Assembly (NCBI GenBank): GCA_965243205.1
Contig: CBDEUK010000001.1
Coordinates: 171,385-235,384, forward strand
Origin: Gammaproteobacteria bacterium
GTDB taxonomy: Bacteria > Pseudomonadota > Gammaproteobacteria > Eutrophobiales > Eutrophobiaceae
Direction: 5' to 3'
Length of the DNA: 64,000 bases
This document shows, piece by piece, positions 20,656-32,000 of this stretch (position 1 is the stretch's first letter; the number at the start of each line of letters is the position of its first letter). The notes beneath the pieces are model-generated. The model made no database searches. It saw nothing but the letters and a program-made list of their open reading frames with translations, and was not told where the DNA came from. The position numbers and the translations under genes were made by a program.

Positions 20656-21999
20656 TTAGATTTCTTCAGGGATGGTCAATACCATACCAATACGCAATTG
20701 ATCAGATTTTAAACCATTATGTTTTTTGAGTTTTTGTGTGCTCACACTGTACATCTGTGCAATTTCCGAAAGTGTATCACCTTTAGCAATCGTATGTTTA
20801 CGACGTTTCGATACGCTCGCAATATAAGTACCTTCTAGAGGATAATCGTAAAAATAATCCTTCAAGCCCTTAAGAATCGATTTTGCTAAGCGTCCTTGAT
20901 ATTCAGACGTTTTTAAACGTTTTTCTTCAGATGGGTTCGAGATATAAGCAGTCTCAATTAAAATAGATGGAATATCAGGGGATTTTAAAACTGCAAATCC
21001 AGCCGACTGCACACGTTTCTTATGTACCTTGCCTAAACCTTTCAACCCTGAGAGTACACGGTCTGCAACATCAATACTGGCTTCCAAACTAGCTGTTTGT
21101 GAAAGGTCCAATAGAACAGACGCCAATACATTATCTTTATCATCCAAACTAACACCACCGATTAAATCAGAACGGTTTTCTTGTTCCGCCAACCAACGAG
21201 CCGCCTCACTACTTGCCCCACGTTTGGATAAGATATATACCGAAGAACCACGTACTTTGGGATCTTTAAATGCGTCTGCATGAATGGAGATAAATAAGTC
21301 TGCTTTATTTTTTCGTGCCTTTTCAATTCGATCACGAAGACGAATAAAATAATCTCCTTCCCTGATCAAAACTGCCTTCATACCTTTTTCTTTGTTGATC
21401 AACGCTGCTAAACGTTTAGAAATGCTGTACACAACATCTTTTTCAAAGGTACCACTAGGGCCACGTGCTCCTGGGTCATCACCACCATGACCTGCATCAA
21501 TCGCGACAATAACATCACGTTGCTTTGATTTGATAGATGAAGCAGCTGTTTTAGCTTTAGCTGTTGATGATGATGCCAAATCAGCTTTTGATGTGACATC
21601 AATAACTAAGCGATGACCATATTGCTTATTCGGTTCGAGTAGAAAACTATTAATCTTTGCAGCTTGTTTTAAATCCAAAACGATTCGCTGATCGGTCTTG
21701 TTTCGGGTACCACTGCGAATTTGTTTGATCAGTTTATCTTCAGATTTTGGCTGACTCAGTTTTTTAATCTCTGAGGTATTTTTAATATCAATGACTAAAC
21801 GTTCAGGGTTCGATAGTTGAGTAATTTGGTGCTCAACTGGATTGGAAACATCGAGCACAACACGAGTGTTATCTGGAGCAGCCCAGATACGCACATTTTT
21901 TACTGTCGTCTCGGCGTTGACTTGCCCAAGGCTAGCAGCGGCTAAAATTAAGCTGATTATCAGTCGCATGTCATTGAATTTAAAATATTTTCTAATCAA
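20656..21999 (-). CDS. amiB: N-acetylmuramoyl-L-alanine amidase (AMIN + Amidase_3 + C-terminal LysM)
   Basis: 447 aa with a signal peptide, an Amidase_3 core (VIVAIDAGHGG...) and a C-terminal LysM (HTIAKGDTLSEIAQMYSVSTQKLKKHNGL). It lies between mutL and tsaE, where amiB sits in E. coli. Confidence 0.85.
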   Translation of the reverse strand: MIRKYFKFNDMRLIISLILAAASLGQVNAETTVKNVRIWAAPDNTRVVLDVSNPVEHQITQLSNPERLVIDIKNTSEIKKLSQPKSEDKLIKQIRSGTRNKTDQRIVLDLKQAAKINSFLLEPNKQYGHRLVIDVTSKADLASSSTAKAKTAASSIKSKQRDVIVAIDAGHGGDDPGARGPSGTFEKDVVYSISKRLAALINKEKGMKAVLIREGDYFIRLRDRIEKARKNKADLFISIHADAFKDPKVRGSSVYILSKRGASSEAARWLAEQENRSDLIGGVSLDDKDNVLASVLLDLSQTASLEASIDVADRVLSGLKGLGKVHKKRVQSAGFAVLKSPDIPSILIETAYISNPSEEKRLKTSEYQGRLAKSILKGLKDYFYDYPLEGTYIASVSKRRKHTIAKGDTLSEIAQMYSVSTQKLKKHNGLKSDQLRIGMVLTIPEEI

Positions 22000-22117
22000 T
22001 TAGTATAAATATTTAGTTTATATAATTACTTTTTGCAAGTTAACTTTAGAAAGTCTAACTAAATTATTGTTTAATATCAAAATTTTTATAAAAAATAAAA
22101 TCTTTTATAATAAAATT

Positions 22118-22570
22118 TTAAGCTAGTTTTGAAATAAAAAGCTTGCCGTTTTCTGAGTTCGAAACCAGCGAAACGATTCTTGCTTCATCACAATAATCAA
22201 TTTTTATTAAGACATCGGGACAATCAAGAAATTCTTTGGCCTTTTCAGGCCATTCCACTAAGCACATCGCAGAATCTTCAAAGTAATCTCTAATACCTAT
22301 TGCTTCTAATTCCTCAGGATCATTCACTCGGTAGAGATCAAAGTGATAAAAATTTCTATCTTGTAAATAATATGGCTCAACTAAAGTAAATGTTGGACTT
22401 TTGACCGTCCCTACATGACCTAACGCTTGCAATAAACCACGTACGAAACTGGTTTTTCCTGCGCCTAATTCACCTGCAAAATAAAGTTTATTAATTATAT
22501 GTAGATGAGGAGAAAAACTCGCAGCAAATTGTTCCATTTCTTCCACGCTGGCAATTTGTTTTGTAAACAT
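22118..22570 (-). CDS. tsaE: tRNA threonylcarbamoyladenosine biosynthesis protein TsaE (YjeE)
   Basis: 150 aa; P-loop GELGAGKTSFVRG. Confidence 0.85.
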   Translation of the reverse strand: MFTKQIASVEEMEQFAASFSPHLHIINKLYFAGELGAGKTSFVRGLLQALGHVGTVKSPTFTLVEPYYLQDRNFYHFDLYRVNDPEELEAIGIRDYFEDSAMCLVEWPEKAKEFLDCPDVLIKIDYCDEARIVSLVSNSENGKLFISKLA

Positions 22571-22574
22571 AATC

Positions 22575-24056
22575 TTAACTGTTTATTAAATATCGTAGAT
22601 ATGGCATCAAGTCATTGGCAAGTAAGCCGCATTCCCCTAATACCGCGGCTTCATCAGCCGCCGCACTGTGTAAACACACACCAAGCTTAGCAGCTAAATC
22701 CAATTCAAAACCTTGAGCAACTAACGCAGCAATAACACCTGTAAGAACATCACCCATACCGCCTGTTGCCATGCCTGGATTTCCATCAGAACATACTGAA
22801 ATGTCCCCTGCAGTATCCATGACTAATGTGCCAGAACCTTTTAACACAACGATTCCGCCATATATCTCTTGTAATCTTTGCACAGCTGCAAACCGATTCG
22901 CTTGCACTTCTTGAGTTGAACAATTTAGTAATCGAGCCGCTTCACCAGGATGAGGCGTAATAATACGGTTATTATTTTTATAAGGCTCTTTAACTAATAA
23001 ATTTAAGGCATCTGCATCCATGACTTGTGGTTGCTTAGCCTCTATCACCCGTGCAAATAATTCTATTGACCATTCGGTTTGCGCTAAACCAGGGCCTATC
23101 GCTATAACAGATGTATTTTTAATAAGTCTGCCTAACTCTTTATAACTTTCAACGCTATGAACCATTAACTCGGGTCGGCCAATATTTAAAGTGTTTGCAT
23201 GTTCTCCTCTAGTTGCAACTGAAACCAAACCAGCTCCTGTACGAGCTGAAGCCTCTGCACACATCCTAGCAGCACCTGCGTAACCTTTGTTTCCACCAAT
23301 CACAAGCACATGGCCGTTACTACCTTTATGTGAACTCGCAATCCTTTTGGGAATGAGTGATTTTAAAGTATCAAAATTAATTCGATAACTATTAGGCTTA
23401 GGAATTTTTTTATAAACAGAATCTGGTATGGAAAGGTCATCGAACTCGCTCTCTCCACAATAATCACGACCTTGCCCTGTAAATAATCCTTGCTTGAGTC
23501 CAATAAAGCTGATGGTTCTATTAGCTTGAATAGCTAGTCCCATTGGCATACCAGTATCAGCATTTAAACCTGAAGGAATATCAATGGATAAAACGGGTGA
23601 ATTCGTTGCATTAATTATCTCTATAATTTTGGCAAAATCACCTGTGACATCACGATCCAAACCGGTTCCAAATATTGCATCAACAATAACATCATTATTA
23701 TCAAAACTATGCTCAGAAATATTTTTTATACTTAGCCCTGTTGAAATTAAATCCTGATAACACTGCAAGGCATCGCCTTTCAGCTTTGCTACATCACCAA
23801 TTTGAATAACAGAAACATTATAAGACTGTTGTTGAGCTAAACGTGCAACTACATAACCATCGCCAGCATTATTGCCTAAACCACAAACAACTGTTATTCG
23901 CTTTGATAATGGCCAAGATTTCTTTAAATATTCAAACGCAACATGTCCTGCACGTTGCATTAAGATTAATCCTGCTATACCTTCTTCTTCGATAGCAATG
24001 CGGTCAAGTTCTCTTACTTGTTGAGCAGTATATAAATTGTTTGGAAGATTATTCAT
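22575..24056 (-). CDS. nnr: Bifunctional NAD(P)H-hydrate repair enzyme Nnr (YjeF N-terminal epimerase + C-terminal dehydratase)
   Basis: 493 aa with both YjeF-N and carbohydrate-kinase-like YjeF-C domains. Confidence 0.85.
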   Translation of the reverse strand: MNNLPNNLYTAQQVRELDRIAIEEEGIAGLILMQRAGHVAFEYLKKSWPLSKRITVVCGLGNNAGDGYVVARLAQQQSYNVSVIQIGDVAKLKGDALQCYQDLISTGLSIKNISEHSFDNNDVIVDAIFGTGLDRDVTGDFAKIIEIINATNSPVLSIDIPSGLNADTGMPMGLAIQANRTISFIGLKQGLFTGQGRDYCGESEFDDLSIPDSVYKKIPKPNSYRINFDTLKSLIPKRIASSHKGSNGHVLVIGGNKGYAGAARMCAEASARTGAGLVSVATRGEHANTLNIGRPELMVHSVESYKELGRLIKNTSVIAIGPGLAQTEWSIELFARVIEAKQPQVMDADALNLLVKEPYKNNNRIITPHPGEAARLLNCSTQEVQANRFAAVQRLQEIYGGIVVLKGSGTLVMDTAGDISVCSDGNPGMATGGMGDVLTGVIAALVAQGFELDLAAKLGVCLHSAAADEAAVLGECGLLANDLMPYLRYLINS

Positions 24057-24077
24057 GAATCTATGAATAAATGCATT

Positions 24078-24623
24078 TTAAGGTTTTACAAAATAATGCT
24101 CTCGATAAAATCGCATCTCATTGATCGAATCTCGAATATCATCCATGGCCAAATGCGAAGATTCTTTTTTGAATTCAGGACCATTGGAATACCAACGTTT
24201 GACCGCTTCTTTGACCGTGCTCACATCAAAATTTCGATAATGAAAATATTTTTCAAGCGTTGGCATTAAACGATGCATAAAGCGGCGATCCTGACAGATG
24301 CTATTTCCGCACATTGGTGAACTTCGTTCTGTAACGAACTTTTGTACAAATTCTAACGTCTTATTCTCTGCATCCTGCACGGTATATTGGCTGTTTTTAA
24401 TCCGATCAACCAAACCTGAATTGGTATGTTGGGTGGTATTCCATTCATCCATAGCATCCAAAATATCGTTGCTTTGGTGAATAGCAATCACTGGGCCTTC
24501 TGCTAAGATATCAAGCTGAGGGTCGGTAATAATAGTGGCAATTTCAATGATCAGATCATTATCGGTATCCAGCCCCGTCATTTCGAGGTCGATCCAGATG
24601 AGATTATCGGCGGATTGGGACAT
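24078..24623 (-). CDS. orn: Oligoribonuclease (DEDDh 3'-5' exonuclease)
   Basis: 181 aa: [19 protein letters not shown]..., the exonuclease-I motif. Confidence 0.9.
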   Translation of the reverse strand: MSQSADNLIWIDLEMTGLDTDNDLIIEIATIITDPQLDILAEGPVIAIHQSNDILDAMDEWNTTQHTNSGLVDRIKNSQYTVQDAENKTLEFVQKFVTERSSPMCGNSICQDRRFMHRLMPTLEKYFHYRNFDVSTVKEAVKRWYSNGPEFKKESSHLAMDDIRDSINEMRFYREHYFVKP

Positions 24624-24674
24624 AATTGATTCTCTTAAATTAACTAAATTTAGTAACGGCAGATATCCAACATT

Positions 24675-25919
24675 ATGAACACATTTAGTATTATTTTCAT
24701 TGCCGCATTAGTTGCAGGCATTTTTTTAGAATGGTTTTTACTATTTCGCCATAAAAGCCACGTACAGGCCCATCGAGAGGCTGTACCTAATGCATTTGCC
24801 GATACCATACCATTGGAATCTCACCAAAAAGCGGCCGATTATACTATGGCAAAAGGCGTACTAGCCCGTTTTGATATCTTACTAGGTGGAATTGTATTAC
24901 TGCTCTGGACTTTAGGCGGCGGCTTAGAATTTTTAGATCAATCAATCCAACGGTTTGGATTATCAGAATTATGGACTGGGGCCATTGTGATTATTGCTTT
25001 CATGCTTATTAGTAGCATTATCGATATTCCCGTTTCGCTCTATCAAAACTTTAGCCTCGAAGAAAAATTTGGTTTCAATAAAATGACACTAGGTGTTTTC
25101 TTCTCGGACATGATAAAAAACACCTTAGTCATGTTGGCTTTAGGCGTACCAATTTTATTATTGGTATTATGGATCATGCAAAATATGGGTAATAACTGGT
25201 GGTTATACGCATGGATCACTATGGTTGGCTTTTTAGTATTTATGACTTGGGCCTACCCTGCCTTTATTGCCCCTATCTTTAATAAATTTAAACCACTTGA
25301 GGATAAAGAATTACAAGCTCGCATCGAGGATCTGTTGACTCGTAATGGTTTTAAAAGCCAAGGTGTGTTCGTCATGGATGGTTCTTTACGATCAACTCAT
25401 GGTAATGCCTACTTTGCAGGCTTTGGTAGTAATAAACGCATTGTATTTTTTGATACCTTAATTGAAATCTTGAATTATGATGAGATCGAAGCTGTTTTAG
25501 CTCATGAACTAGGCCATTTCAAACGTAACCATGTTAAAAAATTAACGGCCTTACAGTTTGTTATTTTATTTGTCGGTTTTGCTGCACTTGGTTGGTTAAT
25601 TAATCAGGCTTGGTTTTATCAAGGTTTAGGTGTTAGTCAACCTTCCAATTATATGGCTTTATTATTGTTCAGTATTGTTTCACCTGTATTTTTACAGTTC
25701 ATCATGCCATCTATTAAAGTATTAACACGTAAATACGAATTCGAGGCCGATGACTTTGCTTCTGAACAAGCTAAGCCAGCAGATCTGATCAGTGCTCTAG
25801 TGAGTTTGTACAAAGAAAATGCAAATACATTAACGCCTGATCCACTGTATTCTGCGTTTCATGATTCTCATCCACCAGCACCGATACGTATTGCACATCT
25901 AAATGCAAAACCCAGCTAG
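24675..25919 (+). CDS. M48-family (Ste24/HtpX-like) integral-membrane zinc metalloprotease
   Basis: 414 aa with multiple TM helices and the HExxH motif [10 protein letters not shown]. Confidence 0.8.
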   Translation: MNTFSIIFIAALVAGIFLEWFLLFRHKSHVQAHREAVPNAFADTIPLESHQKAADYTMAKGVLARFDILLGGIVLLLWTLGGGLEFLDQSIQRFGLSELWTGAIVIIAFMLISSIIDIPVSLYQNFSLEEKFGFNKMTLGVFFSDMIKNTLVMLALGVPILLLVLWIMQNMGNNWWLYAWITMVGFLVFMTWAYPAFIAPIFNKFKPLEDKELQARIEDLLTRNGFKSQGVFVMDGSLRSTHGNAYFAGFGSNKRIVFFDTLIEILNYDEIEAVLAHELGHFKRNHVKKLTALQFVILFVGFAALGWLINQAWFYQGLGVSQPSNYMALLLFSIVSPVFLQFIMPSIKVLTRKYEFEADDFASEQAKPADLISALVSLYKENANTLTPDPLYSAFHDSHPPAPIRIAHLNAKPS

Positions 25920-25925
25920 TTCAGT

Positions 25926-26240
25926 ATGCTCGAATTAATGGGATCAAAAATAATAAAAAAAGCAGGGACGCTTTTTATTTATACGTTATTTCTTACTATC
26001 ACTAAACAGCCCTTTGCTGCCGATATAATAAATGGCGAACAATTGCATAATGAAAATTGTACACGTTGCCATCAGCCTACTATTTATCAACGAGATGAGC
26101 GTATTGTAAAAAACCTGCAACACTTGCGTACTCAAGTTCAGTTTTGTGAAGTATCCAATGATTTAACATGGTTTGATGAAGAAGTGGATGATGTAACTGA
26201 GTATTTGAATATGAATTATTATTTTTTTGAAATTAAATAA
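25926..26240 (+). CDS. Small secreted protein with single CxxCH haem-binding motif (putative mono-haem c-type cytochrome)
   Basis: About 100 aa. A signal peptide is present if translation starts at the internal Met (25938). The motif is NCTRCH. Confidence 0.45.
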   Translation: MLELMGSKIIKKAGTLFIYTLFLTITKQPFAADIINGEQLHNENCTRCHQPTIYQRDERIVKNLQHLRTQVQFCEVSNDLTWFDEEVDDVTEYLNMNYYFFEIK

Positions 26241-26262
26241 TTATGATTTTTACTAAACAAAT

Positions 26263-26290
26263 AAAAAAGGGGCTATAAAGCCCCTTTTTA
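26263..26290. terminator. Bidirectional rho-independent terminator between convergent genes
   Basis: AAAAAGGGGCT-ataa-AGCCCCTTTTT: a perfect GC-rich stem flanked by an A-run and a T-run. Confidence 0.75.
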
Positions 26291-26312
26291 GTCTTTGTTG
26301 AATTATCAGTAA

Positions 26313-27077
26313 TTACTGAACAACTTCAAACTCAACACGACGATTTAGTCGTCGACCAATTTCAGTGCTGTTATCACCAACTGGATATAACTCACCACTA
26401 CCAGATGCAACAACAGAAGATGGACTCATACCTTTATTGATCATGTATTGACGTACAGATTCTGCACGACGCTCAGACAAACCTTGGTTATATGCTTGAG
26501 AACCACGGCTATCAGCATGACCAATCACATTTAACTGGGTAACGCCCACAGATGTTAATTGATTATATAAGTTGTCTAATACACCATAGGCTTCCGGCTT
26601 AATTTTCGCACTTGCAGTATCAAATAATACATCACCTGCAAGAGTAAAGTTGATTGAACAACCTTTAGCATCAACAGTATCACCTAATGGAGTTTCAGGA
26701 CATTCATCCATATAATCATAAACGCCATCGCCATCAGTATCTTTAGGACAACCTGTCGAATCAACAGGTGCGCCAGCAGGAGTATTTGGACATTGATCAT
26801 CTGCATCAACTACACCGTCACCATCACTATCAGCAGGAGCGGCCATTGGTTCTGGAGCGGGAGCGGGAGCAGCACCACCACACGCCTCTGGTAAAGACAC
26901 ATTGCCGGCATTTTTAGTTGCCCAACATTCACCTTTACCACTTGTTACCATAGTTCCATCTTTTTGAACTAAATAACCAGTGTTTGAAGCATTAGCGCTC
27001 ATTGGTAAAGCAAATACTATCATTGCTGTGATAACAGCTGTAGATAAAGTATTAACAGCTTTTTTTATTAAAGACAT
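26313..27077 (-). CDS. OmpA-family protein with thrombospondin type-3 (TSP3) calcium-binding repeats
   Basis: 254 aa with a signal peptide, DxDxDGxxDxxDxCP repeats (DSDGDGVVDADDQCP; DTDGDGVYDYMDECP) and a C-terminal OmpA_C domain (...NQGLSERRAESV...RRVEF). Confidence 0.8.
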   Translation of the reverse strand: MSLIKKAVNTLSTAVITAMIVFALPMSANASNTGYLVQKDGTMVTSGKGECWATKNAGNVSLPEACGGAAPAPAPEPMAAPADSDGDGVVDADDQCPNTPAGAPVDSTGCPKDTDGDGVYDYMDECPETPLGDTVDAKGCSINFTLAGDVLFDTASAKIKPEAYGVLDNLYNQLTSVGVTQLNVIGHADSRGSQAYNQGLSERRAESVRQYMINKGMSPSSVVASGSGELYPVGDNSTEIGRRLNRRVEFEVVQ

Positions 27078-27120
27078 AAATTATCCCCTAAGAAAGTGTA
27101 TGTTTATCAATAAAATTTTG

Positions 27121-27142
27121 CTCTTATTTAGCTAAATAAGAG
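27121..27142. promoter_or_regulatory. Perfect 22-bp palindrome CTCTTATTTA-GC-TAAATAAGAG in the divergent promoter region
   Basis: 10-bp inverted arms with a 2-bp spacer, 44 bp upstream of the OmpA-TSP3 gene start. It is a candidate operator or 5'-UTR hairpin. Confidence 0.3.
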
Positions 27143-27404
27143 TACGAAAATAGTATAAGCAAACTTTGTATGAATGTAAGCAAAAAAAACTAATATTTTT
27201 AATAAATTAATGGAACTTTAATATCGAATCTCAATACATTAATTTTATTTTTTAAGTATCAGTTATAACGTTTTAAAATCTATTTGAATCAGTTTTAAAC
27301 TTTTCAAGCAATATTCACCTCTAAAATTTTGATGCGACAATTTGTCACATTTTCAAAATAAAAAATATTGATAGACTTCACATGACATTAGGAGGTAATG
27401 AGTT

Positions 27405-27812
27405 ATGTTGAAAAAAATAGGTATTATTCTTTTAACCACTTTATCGTTTTCAATCTACGCAGAAGAAAATACAGCTTCTGAAAAACCATACGAAATTGTA
27501 GATGGAAATATTAGTGAAAACGCAATTGAAGGTTGGAAAACCTACAATGGCGGCGGCTGTGGCGCATGTCACGGTAAAGGCGGGCAAGGAGCTGTTGGCC
27601 CAAATCTAGGTGAAAGTGTCACCCAAAAGCTTTCAAAAGATGAATTCGTTAACATTGTTACAAATGGAAAATCTGGCACTATGATGCGTGCCCATAAAAC
27701 CAATAAACGTGTTATGGATAATTTAGATAATCTATACGCTTATCTAGTCGCACGTGGTGACGATGTACTTGGCCCTTATAATTTGATTAAATTCCCAATG
27801 GGCAAACAATAA
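27405..27812 (+). CDS. Class I c-type cytochrome (mono-haem, periplasmic)
   Basis: 135 aa with a signal peptide, CGACHG haem site and a downstream Met ligand region. A strong RBS (AGGAGGT) lies 8 nt upstream. Confidence 0.8.
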   Translation: MLKKIGIILLTTLSFSIYAEENTASEKPYEIVDGNISENAIEGWKTYNGGGCGACHGKGGQGAVGPNLGESVTQKLSKDEFVNIVTNGKSGTMMRAHKTNKRVMDNLDNLYAYLVARGDDVLGPYNLIKFPMGKQ

Positions 27813-27859
27813 ACTTCTAACTATCTATCCACTGGAAAGTAAAATACAAGGATGTTCTT

Positions 27860-28420
27860 TTATAAACTATCTGGCCCTTTAGAATTTGTTCTATTAATAA
27901 CCACGTAATCACCTTTAGCATTGGTAATCACTATCGCAGCTTTTTTATTAAAAACTTTTTTATTAATAGAATCGTCTGAAATTTTGGTATGCATCATATC
28001 ACTGTGATTACGAATCACTTGACCTAAATTCCGTTCTTTAATCAAACGTTTTGATTTCATTTGTTCAAAAACATGTCCCCAACTATTAAGCTCTAGATTT
28101 TTAGAAGCAATTTTTTCTAAACTCCAATAAGCTGTAGAAAGTTCTATTTCAATAGGTCTTTGACTGCGTCCAGAAAACTGCGCATTGAATAAAGCTTGAG
28201 CAATTTTTTTATTGCCATTCGATAATTCATTAAAACGTTTAAATTTAACTGGATCAGCACTGTAATTATTTTTTAAAGGATCTTGATTCTTTTGAATGTT
28301 TACGGCAGGCGTATGATTTGCATACATCAAGTTATCTGCAACAGAAGATTGTATCGTTATTAATCCTGTGAACAATAAACTGAATGTTAATATTTGTTTA
28401 AGATAGAGTGTTTTATTCAT
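27860..28420 (-). CDS. Secreted hypothetical protein
   Basis: 186 aa with a signal peptide and no recognisable motifs. Confidence 0.55.
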   Translation of the reverse strand: MNKTLYLKQILTFSLLFTGLITIQSSVADNLMYANHTPAVNIQKNQDPLKNNYSADPVKFKRFNELSNGNKKIAQALFNAQFSGRSQRPIEIELSTAYWSLEKIASKNLELNSWGHVFEQMKSKRLIKERNLGQVIRNHSDMMHTKISDDSINKKVFNKKAAIVITNAKGDYVVINRTNSKGPDSL

Positions 28421-28439
28421 AGCATTAGTACCTGAAGAT

Positions 28440-28859
28440 TTAGTTCATGTGATATGCGGTCTGCACAATAATTTCTGTCGCTGTTGAGCTGTCTTTAAAA
28501 AACACATCATCATGTCTTTTAACAATGACCTGCATACGAGTTGCATTAGAAGTAATTTTTTCTAACTCGACATCAATCATACGGGTATCAGTGGTTCCTT
28601 TTATCTGCCATCCTGGCTCGACTTCTTTAATATCCGTAACGGGTATATCCATAAGACTCAAGCTTTGTAATGTTGCTGAATGAACATCATCAATCGAAGC
28701 TGTGAAAGTTTTTTGTGCAATACCACCTAGAGAATGATCAACACCTGCTTGAGCAACAACACCACCAGCAGTCATCGCTAAGCCTGCACAACCCGATAGT
28801 CCCATCATTAAAGGTAAGAATAGAATACAACTGAATTGTTTTACTGACTTTATATTCAT
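28440..28859 (-). CDS. Small lipoprotein (DUF3568-like), downstream of RND pump
   Basis: 139 aa with lipobox LSGC. This family is frequently encoded next to RND efflux operons. Confidence 0.55.
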   Translation of the reverse strand: MNIKSVKQFSCILFLPLMMGLSGCAGLAMTAGGVVAQAGVDHSLGGIAQKTFTASIDDVHSATLQSLSLMDIPVTDIKEVEPGWQIKGTTDTRMIDVELEKITSNATRMQVIVKRHDDVFFKDSSTATEIIVQTAYHMN

Positions 28860-29044
28860 GTCGATACACCGTGTAAATGTTTATGCCATTAATAATGTTT
28901 GGCATTTAATTGTTATATCGACTGAGTATATGAATTACTCTAGGAAACTGTGAATTTTAATGATTAAAACGTGTGATAGTTTGCAAAAGCTTTTTTTAAC
29001 GTGAATAAAAATAGAAACGGTTCACATTTTTCAGTGCTTGATTA

Positions 29045-32000
29045 TTATCGTTTAACTAATTTACGAATTAATATATAGAAAACAGGAGTCAGTAATAATC
29101 CAAATATCGTTACACCAATCATGCCGGAGAACACTGCAATCCCCATAGTATTACGCATTTCAGCACCAGCACCCGTTGAAATAGCCATTGGCAAGACACC
29201 CATAATAAACGCTATGGATGTCATTAAAATAGGACGTAATCGTAGCTGACTCGCTTCTACAGCAGCTTCAACAATGCCCCGACCTTTTTGTTCTAATTCG
29301 CGGGCAAACTCTACAATTAAAATAGCATTCTTCGTTGCCAAACCAGCTAATACAAACAAACTGATTTGTGTAAAGATATTAATATTGCCCGGTGTTAACC
29401 ACACGCCTAGCATTGATACTAAACCGATAACCATCCCTTGATTAGTAAGCCAAACACCAACTAATGCAGACAATGTACTCATCGGTACAATTAAAATAAT
29501 AGCTAAAGGTAAGGTTAAACTTTCATATTGCGCCGCTAAAACTAAAAAGACTAAGAAGATACATAAAGGAAAAATATAGATCGCACTATTACCCGCAAGA
29601 ATTTGTTGATACGTTAATTCAGTCCATTCGTAATCCATACCGGGCGGTAAGGTTTCTTCCAATATTTTTACAATCGCTGCTTGAGCTTGACCACTTGAAT
29701 AACCTGGCGCAGGCGAGCCATTCAGATCTGCAGCCCTATAGCCATTATAACGTTGAGCATTTTCAGGCCCATAACTTTCATACACTTTCAACACAGCTCC
29801 TAGTGGAACCATTTCACCGTTATTATTTGCAACTTTAAGTTTTGTAATATCTTCAGGTTTTGATCGAAACTGTTTATCGGCTTGAGCAATGACTCTATAA
29901 GTTCTACCAAATTGATTAAAATCATTGATGTATAAAGATCCCAAATAAACTTGCATGGTAGAAAAAATATCATTGATATTTAAACCTAATTGCTTCGCGC
30001 GCACTCGATCTAAATCAGCATACAACTGAGGAACATTGATTTTAAAACTGGAAAATACTGACGTAAGTTCAGGTGTTTGATAGGCTTTACCCATTACTTG
30101 ACCAAGTACGGCATTCAAAGCCTCATAACCTTGATCAGTTCGATCTTCGATCTGTAATTTAAAACCACCTACTGTACCTAAACCTAATACTGCTGGCGGT
30201 GGAAACACAGCAACGAACGCATCATCGATCTGCATAAACTTTTGTTGCAACTTACCCGCTATTGCAAACCCTGATAACGATGGATCCGTACGCTCATGAA
30301 AATCTGTTAATGGAAAAAACACTGTGCCTGCGCTAGAACTATTAATAAAACCAGCAATTGACAAACCAGGGAAACCCACGGCATTTCGTATCCCAGGTTC
30401 TTCCATCGCGATCTCAGAAATTTCTCGAACTACCGATTCGGTTCGTTCCAAGGTCGCGCCATCTGGTAGTTGTGTAAAACCAATAAGATATTGTTTATCC
30501 TGCATTGGAATAAAACCAGCAGGTATTGATGTAAATAACTGATACGTTACAAACATCAACGAACAGTAGATCAATATGGCAACAAATTTATGATGAACAA
30601 TATGTTTAACAATAAATGAATAAACGGCTGCGCAACCTTTATATACCCAGTTAAATATTTTAAAGAACCATCCTATTAATGCATTCATTAAAATAGTTAA
30701 CCAATCGTTGGTTTCTTCCTTAGGTCGTAATAGCAATCTTGAAAGCGCTGGACTCAATGTTAAAGAGTTAATAGAAGAAATAACAGTAGAGATGGCAATC
30801 GTTAATGCGAATTGTCGATAGAACTGGCCTGTTAAACCGCTAATAAAAGCAATCGGAACAAACACAGCAACTAATACTAATGTTGTTGCAATAATAGGCC
30901 CTGTGACTTCACGCATGGCTTGAAAACTAGCATCACGTGGTGATAAACCATCACTGATATTTCTTTGCACATTCTCAACGACAATAATGGCATCATCAAC
31001 AACGATACCAATCGCAAGGATTAAACCAAACAAAGATAAAACATTAATGGAAAAACCCATTAATAACATGATAGAAAATGTCCCAACGATTGAAACAGGT
31101 ACAGCCATTAATGGAATAATCGAAGCACGCCAGGTTTGTAAAAATACAATCACCACGAGTACAACCAAACCTACTGCTTCTAATAAAGTATGGACAACCG
31201 ACTCAATCGATTCTTTAACAAATACTGTAGGGTCATAAACAATGCTGTAATCAATGCCTTCTGGAAAATTTTGTTTTAATTCCTCCATACGTTTTCGAAC
31301 GTCATGAGAAATTTGTAAGGCATTCGCATCGGAAGATTTAAAGATAGGAATCGCAACCGCATTTTGATTATCAAGCAAAGAACGCAATGCATATTCAGAT
31401 GCACCCATCTCTATTCGAGCTACGTCTTTTAATTGGGTAATTTCACCATTGTCACCCGCTTTAATAATAATCTCTTCAAATTCTTCTGGTGATTCAAAAC
31501 GCCCTTTAATGTTAATCGGCAATTGCGTTTCGATTTGCGCATCGTATGGAGGGCCACCTATCACACCAGCAGATGCTGATATATTTTGTTCTTGTACTGA
31601 TTGAATGATTTGGTTGGCTGTTAAACCGAGTTCAGCAATCTTTTCAGGGTTCAACCAAACCCGCATGGCATAATCACCCGCACCAAATAATAAAACCTCA
31701 CCAATACCTTCAATACGTGCTAATTCGTCTTTAACATTTAACACACCGTAATTGCGCAGGTATAACATGTCATAACGATCATTCGGTGATTTTAAATGCA
31801 CAACCATAGTTAAATCAGAAGAACTCTTAACTGTGGTAACACCTAATTGCCTTGTGATATCAGGTAAACGTGGAGCTGCTTGTTCAACTCGGTTACGAAC
31901 TAATGTAAGCGCTAAATTCGGATCCGTGCCAATTTCAAATGTGACCGTAATCGTTGTTAAGCCATCGGCTGTTGATTGCGATGACATATACAACATGTTT

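Noticed and set aside
22100-22150. Hairpin AAGCT...AGCTT near 22120
   Set aside because: It lies within the 3' end of the tsaE coding sequence, not in an intergenic terminator.
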